Of a stretch of 61,337 nt of DNA, positions 60,780 through 61,337 are shown one piece after another. Each line of letters begins with the position of its first letter. Position 1 is the first letter of the stretch. The notes beneath the pieces are model-generated. The model did not search any database. It was not told the DNA's origin and saw nothing but the letters and a program-made list of their open reading frames with translations. This DNA comes from Cyanophora paradoxa CCMP329 (lineage: Eukaryota; Plantae; Glaucophyta): assembly GCA_004431415.1 (NCBI GenBank), contig QPMI01000327.1, forward strand, positions 1 through 61,337. Direction: 5' to 3'. A program made the translations under genes and the position numbers.

Positions 60780-61337
60780 TCATCGGAGGGCGGCGACGAC
60801 GAAGGGGGCCCAGGCGGGGCCCTCTCGGGGCGCCTCGAGGCGGAGGAGGCGGAGGGCGGGCCGCCCCGCCGGCCCCTCCTCCGTCCGCAGCAGCGCGTCC
60901 ACCCGCAGCCGCGCCGAGACCGCCGGCCCCGGCGCCAGCGCCGCCAGCAGGCCCAGTCCCGCCCGCACCGCCCCGCCCCGCCGCTGAGGGCCTCCGCGAG
61001 GGCGAGGAGGCGCGGGGCCGGGAGGAGGAGGCGCGCCTCAGCGGCCCCCGCGCGCAGCAGCAGGGCCGCCCTCGTCCCCCGCCCCCGCCGCCTGGAGCGC
61101 CCGGCTCGGTGAATGCGAAGCGGGCGGAAGGCCGCCGCACGGCCAGCGGGACGCACGCGGATGTCGAGGAGGACTTTGGCGTGGGAGGAGAGGAGCTCGG
61201 CGCCGGCGAGCTCGAGCCCGCGCCGCCACCGCCGCGCGCCGCCCCCGCCACCGCCTCCCGCATCGCCGCCGTGTAGCACGCCGCGTCCAGCGGGCCCTCC
61301 GGCCGCCCGAGGTCCCCCGCCACGCGCCGCAGCGCCG
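60780..61337 (-). CDS. 3' end of an unidentified intron-containing gene (5'-truncated by the window)
   Basis: Codon-like exons DLGRPEGPLDAACYTAAMREA.., LELAGAELLSSHAKVLLDIRV.., LRVDALLRTEE..WAPFVVAALR*. Confidence 0.45.

Overview
Gene-dense, very GC-rich eukaryotic nuclear DNA with many short (about 50-100 nt) spliceosomal introns. The long raw ORFs are mostly GC artefacts, so I rebuilt the genes by eye across introns. The host is a flagellated organism with a plastid (CFAP43/CFAP58; plastid SecE and CYP38 with Phe-at-position-4 transit peptides MAAF/MEAF), which best fits a glaucophyte such as Cyanophora (inference). About 23 genes are present: class III adenylate cyclase, RING/B-box/coiled-coil plus LSm14 domain, SNF5, GCN2, mitochondrial bL21, CIPK, CCT7, PH-like/START, PH protein, plastid SecE, GH42 beta-galactosidase, tail-anchored Zn-finger, divergent PGK, two F-box-like genes, CFAP58, TyrRS, TEX261/SVP26, CFAP43, a small LRR gene, CYP38, KAE1 and a partial unknown gene. 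The first ~6 kb has many indels (probably poor consensus). Most notable signals: (1) a GGGGTAC/GGGGTAG motif in nearly every compact, mostly bidirectional promoter; (2) very frequent GC-AG introns with C-rich 5' and G-rich 3' halves and no polypyrimidine tract; (3) a TRIM-like/LSm14 fusion; (4) palindrome-saturated intergenic tracts; (5) an intron-containing bacterial-type GH42; (6) CFAP43-CFAP58 linkage. Exon boundaries are manual and approximate.
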